A stretch of DNA of 64,000 bases from Candidatus Woesearchaeota archaeon (GTDB taxonomy: Archaea > Nanobdellota > Nanobdellia > Woesearchaeales > DSVV01): positions 123,954-187,953 of the forward strand of contig JACRKF010000033.1 in assembly GCA_016219865.1 (NCBI GenBank). The letters run 5' to 3'. The notes below the pieces were generated by a model. The model did not search any database, was not told where the DNA came from, and saw only the letters and a list, made by a program, of their open reading frames with translations. Of the stretch, positions 26,368 through 36,216 are shown piece after piece. The stretch's first letter is position 1, and each line of letters starts with the position of its first letter. A program made the translations under genes and the position numbers.

Positions 26368-26450
26368 TTTTTTATCCTTTCATAAATTATATGTAATTGT
26401 TATATGTAATCATATGCATCTAAGAAGTACAACAATGTAGACGTGATATT

Positions 26451-26927
26451 ATGCCAGAATCAACCGCAGCAGAAATTGAACAGAAATATAATCAATTAGG
26501 TAAGAATTATTCTCTTCCTGTATTTAAAGAAATAGATAATCTATTTGAAATCTCAACTTTTCAGCATCATTCATTTCTTCTAAGAAATATTAGAAGAACT
26601 ATTTCTGAAAGGTTAGATCATTATGCAAAGATATTATCTGAACTATTGCAGCCAGAAGCAAATATGAAAGCTTTGCAAGAATCAAGCAGTTTTACAGAAA
26701 AAGAAAAACAAGAAATGCTTGTCTTATACAAACATCTTATGCATCTTTTTAGATTATCTCAACAGATTGAATTCTCGCAGAACGAAGAAAAAGATGCTGA
26801 ATATATAAACCTCATTTTTCAACAATGGCTTAGTATTAATACTCAATTCTTTAAATTATCTGAAAAATTAGCTGTTTCTTGGCAAAAGCAAGAAAAATGG
26901 GAAGAAGATATTATGTATATGGGATAA
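26451..26927 (+). CDS. hypothetical protein
   Basis: 158-aa ORF; helical and charged. Confidence 0.5.
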   Translation: MPESTAAEIEQKYNQLGKNYSLPVFKEIDNLFEISTFQHHSFLLRNIRRTISERLDHYAKILSELLQPEANMKALQESSSFTEKEKQEMLVLYKHLMHLFRLSQQIEFSQNEEKDAEYINLIFQQWLSINTQFFKLSEKLAVSWQKQEKWEEDIMYMG

Positions 26928-26987
26928 TTTGTAATTATTGCCATTAAAACCAATAACTTTAAAAATAATTGCATTCATAAGAATCTC

Positions 26988-27018
26988 TAGAGAATTTTAC
27001 AAAGCAAAATTCTCTCTA
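26988..27018. repeat. PAL2 palindrome, copy 4
   Basis: tAGAGAATTTTAC-aaa-GCAAAATTCTCTcta. The upstream ccattaaaacc resembles the sequence upstream of copy 3. Confidence 0.55.
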
Positions 27019-27028
27019 TTAAAAAAAG

Positions 27029-29170
27029 GTGAAACCAGTGAAAAAGAATTTTGTTGAAGAAATTGTTGATGATTGTAAAACATTAATGAAGTACAAATAT
27101 ACAACAATTTTCCTGCTTGTTCTTCCTTTGATAGTTGTCCTTTTTTTAGCAAATCTATCGTTGCAAATGCATAAATTTACTCCATCAATAGCTGTTTATG
27201 AAGAAATGAATGCAAATGCAACAGTGCAAAATAATTCAAGCATATTAAATAACTTTTATACAGATTTTACAGTTGTGGAATATAGTGCTAATGTTTCATG
27301 TATTAATACAATAATTGTTGGGAAACATGATGTTTGTATAATAATTCCCTTAAAACTGCAAAATATTCAAGAATTGCAGATTTATTTAACTTTAGATAAT
27401 TTTGAGCAAATTAAACCTTTTTTGCAGACATATACATTATCTCTTGGTTCAAATGGGAAAGATACAAAGACAGAAGTTACTGTTAACTTACTCACTAAAT
27501 TAGGTGGTTTAAAAGATCAATTAAGCAATCAATCTGCAAATCTTAATGCTATTGAGAGCGAATTAACACTTGCGCAGAGTAAGATTGATGAGTTAAAACA
27601 AGAATTAAGTAAAGTTGACATAAAATTTAGTGTTACAGATTTTAATGCAGATGATGTTAATAAAAAATCTGTTTCAGTATCAAATGAAGTTAATACTTTA
27701 AAGAAAAAAGGCAAAAAAGCTGTTGATACAGCTAAATCATCTTTTTCAGACATAGAAAAAAAAGTGAATGATCTCAATGTCTCTTCTGCAGAAAAAGATG
27801 CAATTAAAAAAATAATTAATTCAACAGATGCTGATTTATCCTCATTAGCGACAGAAATAGATGCGGATTTCGAAAATGCAAATAAAGATATTTCTTATGT
27901 TGTTAATAGCACTGATAAGATTAAATCAAGTTTATCAGACCTAAATAATAAAGTTGTTTCTTCTATGCAGGGTAAGCAATCATCATCATCTGCAGTTGGC
28001 AGTATTGCTTCAAGTATTAATTCTACTCTTGGGGCTGTTGCTATGGTTGATTCATATTTTGCTCAATTAAATGCAAATCTGCCGACTATTAAAGCAAATG
28101 CTCAATCAGAAAATACTTTAGTTGCAACCATGTTTAATAAAGTTGTTTCTAATAAAATAGCATATGAATTAATTATAATCTTTTCTTTTGTTATCTTATT
28201 TATGACATTATTTGTATCATCACTTTTATTAAAGATAAAACTTGCTGAAGAAAATGAATCTTTTATGAGAATGTTCTTTAATGTGTTAGTTACTGTGTTT
28301 ATTATTAATTGTGTTACTGCAATTATTCTTACAATAATTTATGGAATGGTAATAAATTGGAGTTTTATCTTTGTTTTCCATTTGTATATTGTATTAATAC
28401 TGGTATTTACTGTTTTATTTACATTATTTGGATGTTTAGTAGCTGCTCTAACTCATACAGAAGAAACTAATGCAATGGCAGTATTTTCATTACTTTCATT
28501 ATTTATTTTATTTTCTGACATGATTTTTGAGAAATACCATCTATTTACACAATATAATCCACTGCAGCTATTTACAGATAAAACTGCAAATACATTGCTA
28601 TTGCTGCAGCCATTTTTATCATCTGACTTGATAATAGTTGCAATATATATTATTTTCTTCTTTTTAATTGTTATTTTATTATCAGGAACAAAATATATCT
28701 TAAAACATCCGCAAGTCTCATTTTCATATGAGGCTGAACATCATCATACTACTCACAAATCTGAAAATAATGGGGTAAAGAATTCAAAAGAAGATGATGA
28801 TGTGTTAGATGAGTTAGAGAACATAGGCAAAGAAGAAGAAAAAGAGCATCATTATGCAAAAACTGAAGAACTATCAGTTGAGGATTTCACTAAAATCAAA
28901 TCAATTGCTAAGAATTCAAAAGAAAATGAAAAGAATATTGAGAAAGAAGAAGAAAAGAAAATTGTTCGTGTTCCTCTGCAGGAAGAAAAGAAACAAAAAA
29001 GATTTAAAGGAGCAGGAGATGACATAGTTGAAAAACTATCAATTGAAGGAGAAGTTCATGAATTATTAAGAAAAAATAAAAAATTAACAAAAAAAGAAAT
29101 CAGAAAAGTTCTTATAGAAGAGTATGATGAATCAGCAGTTGATGACGTTCTAAAAGAATTATTCAAATAA
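27029..29170 (+). CDS. large membrane protein with YhgE/Pip-like architecture: TM1, a ~350-aa coiled-coil ectodomain, a 5-6 TM bundle, and an acidic/lysine-rich tail
   Basis: Hydropathy pattern plus heptad-like segments (LKDQLSNQSANLNAIESELTLAQSKIDELKQEL..). Confidence 0.45.
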   Translation: MKPVKKNFVEEIVDDCKTLMKYKYTTIFLLVLPLIVVLFLANLSLQMHKFTPSIAVYEEMNANATVQNNSSILNNFYTDFTVVEYSANVSCINTIIVGKHDVCIIIPLKLQNIQELQIYLTLDNFEQIKPFLQTYTLSLGSNGKDTKTEVTVNLLTKLGGLKDQLSNQSANLNAIESELTLAQSKIDELKQELSKVDIKFSVTDFNADDVNKKSVSVSNEVNTLKKKGKKAVDTAKSSFSDIEKKVNDLNVSSAEKDAIKKIINSTDADLSSLATEIDADFENANKDISYVVNSTDKIKSSLSDLNNKVVSSMQGKQSSSSAVGSIASSINSTLGAVAMVDSYFAQLNANLPTIKANAQSENTLVATMFNKVVSNKIAYELIIIFSFVILFMTLFVSSLLLKIKLAEENESFMRMFFNVLVTVFIINCVTAIILTIIYGMVINWSFIFVFHLYIVLILVFTVLFTLFGCLVAALTHTEETNAMAVFSLLSLFILFSDMIFEKYHLFTQYNPLQLFTDKTANTLLLLQPFLSSDLIIVAIYIIFFFLIVILLSGTKYILKHPQVSFSYEAEHHHTTHKSENNGVKNSKEDDDVLDELENIGKEEEKEHHYAKTEELSVEDFTKIKSIAKNSKENEKNIEKEEEKKIVRVPLQEEKKQKRFKGAGDDIVEKLSIEGEVHELLRKNKKLTKKEIRKVLIEEYDESAVDDVLKELFK

Positions 29171-29196
29171 AAATACTAAACATTTTTAAGCAACTA

Positions 29197-29772
29197 GTGC
29201 CTAATCATTTTATGTTTATTAGGACAAAAATGATTAAAGGAAAGAAATATGCATATCTTGTTGAAAATAATTGGACACAAAAAGGTTCAAGGCAGAAAAC
29301 AGTAGAATATCTTGGAAAAATTTGCGAACTAGAAAAAACAAAAACTATCTTATTTGAAGAATTCATCACAAAGATGTATAACAAATCGATTGAAGAATAC
29401 TTTAATAACACTGCTAAAACAATTATTTACGATCTTATCTGTTGTGAGTTAGAAAAACATGGATTTTCTAATACATTGTCAAAAAATGTGTTTATAACAA
29501 ATAATATTGTTGCTGATATTACTAAGCCAAAATTCTTTAAGAACAATACAAGTGAAGCTGGTATGGATGTAGTGTTGAGGATAAATAATGAATATTTATG
29601 TCCATATACAATAAAAAGATTATTAAATTTAAGAATAGAGGGTGATGAACAATTCTGTGGTAAGCAATTAGCAGAAGCAATTGTTGCTGTGGGAATAGTA
29701 ACTGAACCAGATATTTTTATATTGCTTTTTGAGAAATTATATAAGGATGAGAAATTGGTGATCTCTGGATGA
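29197..29772 (+). CDS. hypothetical protein
   Basis: 191-aa ORF. Confidence 0.45.
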   Translation: MPNHFMFIRTKMIKGKKYAYLVENNWTQKGSRQKTVEYLGKICELEKTKTILFEEFITKMYNKSIEEYFNNTAKTIIYDLICCELEKHGFSNTLSKNVFITNNIVADITKPKFFKNNTSEAGMDVVLRINNEYLCPYTIKRLLNLRIEGDEQFCGKQLAEAIVAVGIVTEPDIFILLFEKLYKDEKLVISG

Positions 29773-30269
29773 AAGTAATAATCATAACAGGCACACCATG
29801 TACAGGTAAATCAACTTTAGCTAAAGAACTATCAAAATATTTGCCAGCAAAGCTTTTAGATGTTAATCAAGTTATTAATAAACATAAAATGAAAGAATCT
29901 TATGATAAATTAAGGGATACATATATAATTGACACAAAAAAGTTAAACAAAGTTTTAATAGGTTACATCACTCAAGAAAAAAAAGCAAAGACTCATTATC
30001 TAATCATAGAATCTCATTTATCTCATTATCTCCCAAGTAAATATGTAAGTCTTTGCATCATAACTGCCTGTGATCTAAAAATATTACAAAGTAGATTAAA
30101 GAAAAGAAATTATAATCAAGCAAAAGTGAGAGAAAACTTAGATGCAGAGATATTTGAAATAATCCATCATGAAGCAAAACAATCTCATAGAAAAATATCC
30201 AGAATAGACACAACAAAAGGAATAACTTTAAATAGTTTAAACAAAATAAAAAATCACATTACGAAGTAA
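29769..30269 (+). CDS. adenylate kinase isoenzyme 6 / Fap7-like nucleotide kinase
   Basis: P-loop IIITGTPCTGKSTLAKEL and C-terminal ..RENLDAEIFEIIHHEA.., collinear with AK6/Fap7; 166 aa. Confidence 0.6.
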   Translation: MKVIIITGTPCTGKSTLAKELSKYLPAKLLDVNQVINKHKMKESYDKLRDTYIIDTKKLNKVLIGYITQEKKAKTHYLIIESHLSHYLPSKYVSLCIITACDLKILQSRLKKRNYNQAKVRENLDAEIFEIIHHEAKQSHRKISRIDTTKGITLNSLNKIKNHITK

Positions 30270-31172
30270 GTGATTTTTATGGGTATATTGAATCTATTTT
30301 CAGATGATGAGAAGCACATTAAAAAAATTGAAACATTAAAGGTGCAGTTATCTAACTCTTTTACAAATATCCGTAAAGATATTGAATTGCAGAATAAATG
30401 GATTAATTATCTCCATCAAAGTCATTCGCATCTCAAAGGGCATCATGATTCTCATAAAGAAGTTACAGCAAAGCAATTAGAGAACATTGCAGCGTGGATT
30501 AAACATCTAAATGATAATACGAGGCAGCATCAAGAAAGAGTTGAAACAGTAGAAAAACACATTCAAAAGGCATTCAAATTATACAATGATCACATTCGTG
30601 AGATACATAAAAAGTTAAATCAATTAGCAGTTCATCAATCACAGCATGAAACAGTAAATGTTGAAAAATTAAAGCGTGAAGCAGTTAGTGAATCATTATT
30701 GAATGTGGAGAACTCATTATCTCATATTAAACGGCAATTTAGTCATGAACTGCAGCAATTGGATGACTTAGTAAAGAAACAACAGCAGCAAGTGCATGAC
30801 ATTATAAAAAAAGAATTGACAGACATGGTTGCGCAAGCTGATAAACAAAAGACTATTATCAAAGAAGAACCAAGGCATTTGCAGCCATTACCTCAGCAGA
30901 TAACGCAGCAATATATTCCAAGCTATTCTTATGATCTATTGACTAATCCTGAAAAGAAATTGCTTTCAATATTGTTTAATGAGCAAGAACCATTAAGCTA
31001 TGAAAGTATATCGAATAAGACAGGCCATAGCATCAATACAGTCAGAGTAAATATGAATATTCTCAAAAAGAAAGGTTTCATTGAAGAGCACATGCTTCCT
31101 TCAGGTGTTAAATTATTCGTTCTGAACAACAAGGAAAAAATCAAGAAGATGTACAATCTGGAAATTATGTAA
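30270..31172 (+). CDS. coiled-coil protein with a C-terminal winged-helix DNA-binding domain
   Basis: C-terminal ..LSILFNEQEPLSYESISNKTGHSINTVRVNMNILKKKGFIEE.. wHTH. Confidence 0.5.
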   Translation: MIFMGILNLFSDDEKHIKKIETLKVQLSNSFTNIRKDIELQNKWINYLHQSHSHLKGHHDSHKEVTAKQLENIAAWIKHLNDNTRQHQERVETVEKHIQKAFKLYNDHIREIHKKLNQLAVHQSQHETVNVEKLKREAVSESLLNVENSLSHIKRQFSHELQQLDDLVKKQQQQVHDIIKKELTDMVAQADKQKTIIKEEPRHLQPLPQQITQQYIPSYSYDLLTNPEKKLLSILFNEQEPLSYESISNKTGHSINTVRVNMNILKKKGFIEEHMLPSGVKLFVLNNKEKIKKMYNLEIM

Positions 31173-31269
31173 GAGATTTTTGAAGAAATTCGCTACATGG
31201 TCAAGAAATATTTATTTACTGAACCATCGGTCATCATTACTTGTTTATCTTCTTCAAAATAGTTCTTCT

Positions 31270-31655
31270 TGTCATTACAATGCATTATAATGCTTCTTTA
31301 AGCTCTAATGTCTCTCTCATTCACAATCTGCATTGCAACATTCCCAACATTCCCGACATTATAATACCAACGTTTCCAATGCATTGCAATGCATTATAAT
31401 GCCTAAATCTTCCTTATTCTATCATTTTTCTCTTACTTTTCTTCATTCTTCTTGGTTATTCGTTATATCATTTTTTCAATCACTCACTTTAATCTCTTCT
31501 TTCGCATTAAACTGCTTATTTTTCAAGAAATTTCGCTGCGTATCTATACCACACATTAAACCATTTTTTTGCAATTTTTCCAATTTATTTGACTCTTTTG
31601 CATTGTAATGCATTGCAATGCATTGTAATGGGCATTGTAATGCATTACAATGCTT
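31270..31655. repeat. array of palindromic GCATTGYAATGCATT-type repeats flanking a ~200-bp pyrimidine-rich spacer
   Basis: Left cluster 31274-31405 (cattacaatgcattataatgc; ccaatgcattgcaatgcattataatgcc). Right cluster 31598-31655 (gcattgtaatgcattgcaatgcattgtaatgg gcattgtaatgcattacaatgc, a perfect 22-nt palindrome). Confidence 0.6.
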
Positions 31656-31748
31656 AACTTTTCAAAAATTAACCTTGGCTTTTGTATTTGTTATGCACTA
31701 GCAAATACTCATCATCTTAAGCAAAAGTGAGAGCAATTCTAGAACTCT

Positions 31749-32699
31749 TTATTCTATAATCTCAACATCATCAATTATTCCATCGCCATCAAGATCAAAT
31801 CCCTGTACAACTGTTCCAAAACTCTCAACATTCTTCATTTTTTTAAACAATTCAGAATACTTAGTGAGTGCAATTATAGTAGATCTTGTTCCTATTGAGC
31901 TAATTCCTGCAGCTAGCAATACATATTTTTCATTATTGAATGGATTTTTGAACTTAGTAATCAATCCAATTGCTTCGTCGCTATATCTATTCTTTTCTGT
32001 AGCAATCTCCCATGGTTTCTTTAATATGAATTTAATTGGAGAATAGGTATTCATTTCTGCTGCAATCAAATTAGTTGCAGGTCCACCTATTATAATCAGG
32101 TTTTCTTTCAAAAGCTCACTATTCTTCATCTCAACATCGAGTTTAACAGTATTCTGGACAAATGTGCAATATCTGCCAAAAAACAAAGCTAAATCTAATG
32201 CAAAATGTCCATCTCTGCAACGAGCCTTAAATTCTCCATGTGGATCTGGGCTTCCAATCACAAAAAGTGAGGATAACACTCCTTTTTCAACAAAAGGGTA
32301 AAGCAAAGAATGTTCTTCAAATATTGGGTTTGAAACTAATTGTGAAAGATCCTGCCATTTTTGTGATAAAATTAAAGAAAAGTTTAATGCTTTTGTTTTA
32401 TACTTTTTTGCTATTGTTCCTCGTATCTCTTTTTTTTCAGCAACCTCTAACAAACCTTCTTTAATCATCTGTTTTAAGTGATAGTATATATTTTGCTCAT
32501 GCACTTTTAATTCAGCAGCTATCTCTGCTGTGTACAAAGCTTTTTTTGCAAGCAATTGTAAAATAGTGATTCTGACAGGATTATCTAATGAAGAAATAGC
32601 GCTTTTTGAAACATCTGCGCTTGGTGTAAAAAGTAATTTCCCTTTTTCCTCCTTTATTATGTAATACTGGTCTCTTTTCTCCATATCCTCTAGAAACAA
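31749..32699 (-). CDS. ArsR-family winged-helix transcriptional regulator with a large C-terminal domain
   Basis: ..ITILQLLAKKALYTAEIAAELKVHEQNIYYHLKQMIKEGLLE.. (ArsR/SmtB HTH). Confidence 0.6.
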   Translation of the reverse strand: MFLEDMEKRDQYYIIKEEKGKLLFTPSADVSKSAISSLDNPVRITILQLLAKKALYTAEIAAELKVHEQNIYYHLKQMIKEGLLEVAEKKEIRGTIAKKYKTKALNFSLILSQKWQDLSQLVSNPIFEEHSLLYPFVEKGVLSSLFVIGSPDPHGEFKARCRDGHFALDLALFFGRYCTFVQNTVKLDVEMKNSELLKENLIIIGGPATNLIAAEMNTYSPIKFILKKPWEIATEKNRYSDEAIGLITKFKNPFNNEKYVLLAAGISSIGTRSTIIALTKYSELFKKMKNVESFGTVVQGFDLDGDGIIDDVEIIE

Positions 32700-32850
32700 G
32701 CGTTATTATATAAATTTTACGATTATTATCAATTCACTAATAATAATCGCTTCTCGAGTAAAGTCCATCTAATTCTAAAAAATAGTTGTACAAACAGTAC
32801 AACTATTTTTTTAATTAAGTTTATTAATAAGCTGCTCAGTTCATTTCGTA

Positions 32851-34203
32851 ATGGAACGAAAACTATTTGGCACAGATGGAATAAGAGGAATTGCAAACAT
32901 TTATCCTATGACTGCTGAGGTAGCATTAAAGCTAGGTCAAGCAGTTGCAAAGGTATTGATTAACGAAAAAAAAGAATCTCCTAAGGTAATTATAGGTAAA
33001 GATACACGAGCTTCGGGTTATATTTTTGAAAATGCGTTAACTGCTGGTTTATGTTCAATGGGTGTTTCAGTCTACTTAGTTGGACCTATGCCAACTCCTG
33101 CAATCGCTCATTTAACTAAAAGTTTTGCAGCAGACGCAGGCATTGTAATCTCAGCTTCTCACAATCCTGCTGTAGATAATGGAATTAAAGTATTTTCAGC
33201 AGATGGTTTTAAATTGCCTGATGATGTAGAACAAAAGATTGAACAGATTATATTATCAAATAATATTTTCACAGAACATATAATTGGTGATAAAGTTGGG
33301 AAAGCATACAGAATTGAAGATGCTCGTGGCAGATATATTGAATTTGCAAAAGGAACAATTAACAATATTTCATTAAAAGGTTTAAAGATAGTGTTAGATT
33401 GCGCTCATGGCGCAGCGTATAAAGTAGCTCCATTGATATTCAAAGAGCTCGGTGCAGAAGTAATTGTTGTAAACAACACGCCAAATGGTTTAAACATTAA
33501 TAAAAATGCTGGAGCAATGCATCCTGAATTATTAAGAAAACATGTGCTTGAAAATAAAGCAGCTATAGGTATAGCATTAGATGGTGATGCAGATAGAGTT
33601 ATTCTTGTGGATGAAACAGGAAACATTGTCAATGGTGATCATATTCTTGCAATTATTGCATTATTTCTCAAAGAAAGAAAACAATTAAACAAAAATACAG
33701 TTGTAGCAACAGTAATGTCTAATTTAGGTTTAATTCAGTTATGTAAAGAAAATAAATTACAGTTAACACAAACAAAAGTAGGAGATCGTTATGTGATTGA
33801 AGAAATGCAAAAAAGTGGTGCAATTATTGGTGGTGAGCAATCAGGTCACATTATCCTTTCAGAATATACAACAACAGGAGATGGCACAATTGCCGCATTG
33901 CAAATATTGCGTATCATGAAAGAAAAAAATAGTAAATTATCCAAATTAGCATCAGTTCTTAAAGAGTATCCGCAAGTTATTATCAATGTTGATGTTAAAC
34001 AAAAGACTCCATTGGAAAAGCTTTCAGCAGTCTCAAAGAAAATAAAAGAAGTAGGAACTAAGTTAGCAGACAATGGAAGAATATTGGTGCGATATTCAGG
34101 CACACAAAATTGTTGCAGAATAATGGTTGAAGGACAAAATAAAAAGGAGATTACTAATTACGCAGATCAAATTGCTGCAGAAATCAGGAAGGTATTAAAT
34201 TAA
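32851..34203 (+). CDS. glmM: phosphoglucosamine mutase / phosphohexomutase
   Basis: GTDGIRG, SASHNP (the phosphoserine loop), GDGDADR; 450 aa. Confidence 0.8.
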   Translation: MERKLFGTDGIRGIANIYPMTAEVALKLGQAVAKVLINEKKESPKVIIGKDTRASGYIFENALTAGLCSMGVSVYLVGPMPTPAIAHLTKSFAADAGIVISASHNPAVDNGIKVFSADGFKLPDDVEQKIEQIILSNNIFTEHIIGDKVGKAYRIEDARGRYIEFAKGTINNISLKGLKIVLDCAHGAAYKVAPLIFKELGAEVIVVNNTPNGLNINKNAGAMHPELLRKHVLENKAAIGIALDGDADRVILVDETGNIVNGDHILAIIALFLKERKQLNKNTVVATVMSNLGLIQLCKENKLQLTQTKVGDRYVIEEMQKSGAIIGGEQSGHIILSEYTTTGDGTIAALQILRIMKEKNSKLSKLASVLKEYPQVIINVDVKQKTPLEKLSAVSKKIKEVGTKLADNGRILVRYSGTQNCCRIMVEGQNKKEITNYADQIAAEIRKVLN

Positions 34204-34215
34204 GAGGTATGCGCT

Positions 34216-35436
34216 ATGCAAAAACAAAACAAAACACTCAAAACGTTGCAAGCAGTTATTTTATGCGCAGGGAAAAGTACACGAACTTATCCATTAACCT
34301 TGACACGTCCCAAAGCATTATTATCAATAGCAAATAAACCAATAATCAAACATTTTTTAGATAATCTTGCTGGTTTAGTTGATGAAGTAATTATTGTAGT
34401 AAATTACATGAAAGAGTTAATTATAAAAGAAGTAGGAACAACATATAAGGGTATGAAAATAGTATTTGTAGACCAAAAAGAGATGGCAGGAACAGCAGAT
34501 GCAGTTATTGCAGCAGAGCAATATATCAAAAATAAATTTTTATTAATGTATGGCGACGATTTATATTCGCAAGAAGATTTCAAGCAGCTTTTAAAATATG
34601 ATTATGCATTATTAGCAAAAAAAGTAAGCAATCCTGAATTATTTGGAATAATTCAAACAAAAAACAACAAAGCAGTAGAAATCATAGAAAAGCCTGCTAG
34701 AAACATAGGTGATTTAGCAAATGTAGGTGTATTTATTTTAGATAAATCACTATTTTCATATAAAAATAAAATCAAGAAATCTCAAAGAAATGAATTGGAG
34801 TTAACAGATATGCTTTCTTTTATGATGAAAGACAAAAGTTTTTCAGTTGTTGAAGCTCAGCAATGGATTCCAATTACCTATGCTTGGTCGTTGTTGGAAG
34901 CAAATGAGATTCTACTAAGCAAAATCACAAAAAGTGAAATTAAAGGTGAAATAGAAAATAATGCAACAATTAAAGGCAATCTAATTTTAGGTAAGAATTC
35001 AATAATAAAAAACGGAGTTTATTTAGAAGGAACAGTTATCATTGGTGAAAATTGCGCAATTGGCCCAAATTGTTATATTAGAGGTCCAACAACAATTGGC
35101 AATAATTGTAAAGTTGGCAATGCAGTTGAAATCAAAGCTTCTATTTTATTTGATGGCGTTCATGTTGGTCATTTATCTTATGTTGGTGATTCTGTTATTG
35201 GAGAAAAAGTCAATTTTGGCGCTGGCTCAATCATTGCAAACTTGCGGCATGATAATAAAACAGTGCAAAGTTTCATCAATGGAAAGAAAGTTGATTCAGG
35301 CAGAAGAAAACTAGGAGCAATAATTGGAGATAATGTTCATCTTGGTATCAAGACAGCAATTTACCCAGGTAGAAAGATCTGGCCAAATGTTGATACAGCT
35401 CCTTGTGAAATTGTGAAAGAGGACAAAACGAAGTAG
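34216..35436 (+). CDS. bifunctional sugar-1-phosphate nucleotidylyltransferase / acetyltransferase (GlmU-like, archaeal type)
   Basis: N-terminal ILCAGKSTRTYPLT NTP-transferase fold; C-terminal left-handed beta-helix hexapeptide repeats. Confidence 0.7.
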   Translation: MQKQNKTLKTLQAVILCAGKSTRTYPLTLTRPKALLSIANKPIIKHFLDNLAGLVDEVIIVVNYMKELIIKEVGTTYKGMKIVFVDQKEMAGTADAVIAAEQYIKNKFLLMYGDDLYSQEDFKQLLKYDYALLAKKVSNPELFGIIQTKNNKAVEIIEKPARNIGDLANVGVFILDKSLFSYKNKIKKSQRNELELTDMLSFMMKDKSFSVVEAQQWIPITYAWSLLEANEILLSKITKSEIKGEIENNATIKGNLILGKNSIIKNGVYLEGTVIIGENCAIGPNCYIRGPTTIGNNCKVGNAVEIKASILFDGVHVGHLSYVGDSVIGEKVNFGAGSIIANLRHDNKTVQSFINGKKVDSGRRKLGAIIGDNVHLGIKTAIYPGRKIWPNVDTAPCEIVKEDKTK

Positions 35437-35448
35437 CCATAAGCTTAC

Positions 35449-35508
35449 TTTTTTTGCAGGAGTGAGTGGGAACGAACTCGCAAAAAAATAAAAATGAACG
35501 GAGTGAAT
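35449..35508 (+). repeat. HP1 hairpin repeat copy e, plus a second mini-hairpin
   Basis: TTTTTGCaggaGTGAGTGGGAACGAACtcGCAAAAA, then AAAAAtGAACGGAGTGAAtTTTTT. Confidence 0.5.
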
Positions 35509-35514
35509 TTTTTT

Positions 35515-36165
35515 ATGATAAAAGCAGTAATTTTTGATATGGATGGTGTCATCATTAATTCAGAACCATTGCATGATGAATCTACAAACATATTATTAAA
35601 GAAATATAACATTACTATTCCGCAAGCAGAAAAAACGCAATTTTTTGGATTAAATGACAAGGATATGTTTAAGATAATAATTGCAAAACATAAACTAAAA
35701 AAAACACCAGAAGAATTAACAAAAGAGCGTGAGCTAATCTATTTTGACATAATCGACAAAAAAGGTTTAGAATTATTTCCAGGAATTCTGGAAACAATTA
35801 AGAAATTTTCAAAACGCTATAAACTGGCAATAGCTACATCAGCAGAAAAAACAAAAGTAGATTTCACTTTAAAGAAATTTAATCTTCAGCAGTATTTTCC
35901 TGTGCTTATCACAGCAGAGGATATTATTAAAGGCAAACCAGATCCAGAACCATATTGCAAGACAATAAAGAAGCTCAACATAAAGGCAAGAGAAGCAATT
36001 GTTATAGAGGATTCAGTCAATGGCATGAAATCCGCATTAGATGCAGGTTGCTTTTGCATTGCAGTAACAAATACATTTTCGGCAAAAGAATTGAAAGGAG
36101 CGGATTTAATTGTAAACAATGTCTCTGAAATTAATGAAAGTGTTTTAGCATTAATGGGGATATAA
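35515..36165 (+). CDS. HAD-superfamily hydrolase (beta-phosphoglucomutase-like)
   Basis: MIKAVIFDMDGVI (motif I), ..ATSA.. and a C-terminal ..EDS.NG.. motif. A start at 35515 is preferred over the track start at 35494, which lies inside an upstream hairpin. Confidence 0.7.
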   Translation: MIKAVIFDMDGVIINSEPLHDESTNILLKKYNITIPQAEKTQFFGLNDKDMFKIIIAKHKLKKTPEELTKERELIYFDIIDKKGLELFPGILETIKKFSKRYKLAIATSAEKTKVDFTLKKFNLQQYFPVLITAEDIIKGKPDPEPYCKTIKKLNIKAREAIVIEDSVNGMKSALDAGCFCIAVTNTFSAKELKGADLIVNNVSEINESVLALMGI

Positions 36166-36216
36166 TCAATAATGATAATAATAATGATGAGTATAATTAA
36201 TTAGGGTGAAACAATA

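Noticed and set aside
31333-31608. 91-aa ORF inside the palindromic-repeat region
   Set aside because: Starts within a palindrome, runs through the T/C-rich spacer, and has an implausible composition; likely non-coding.
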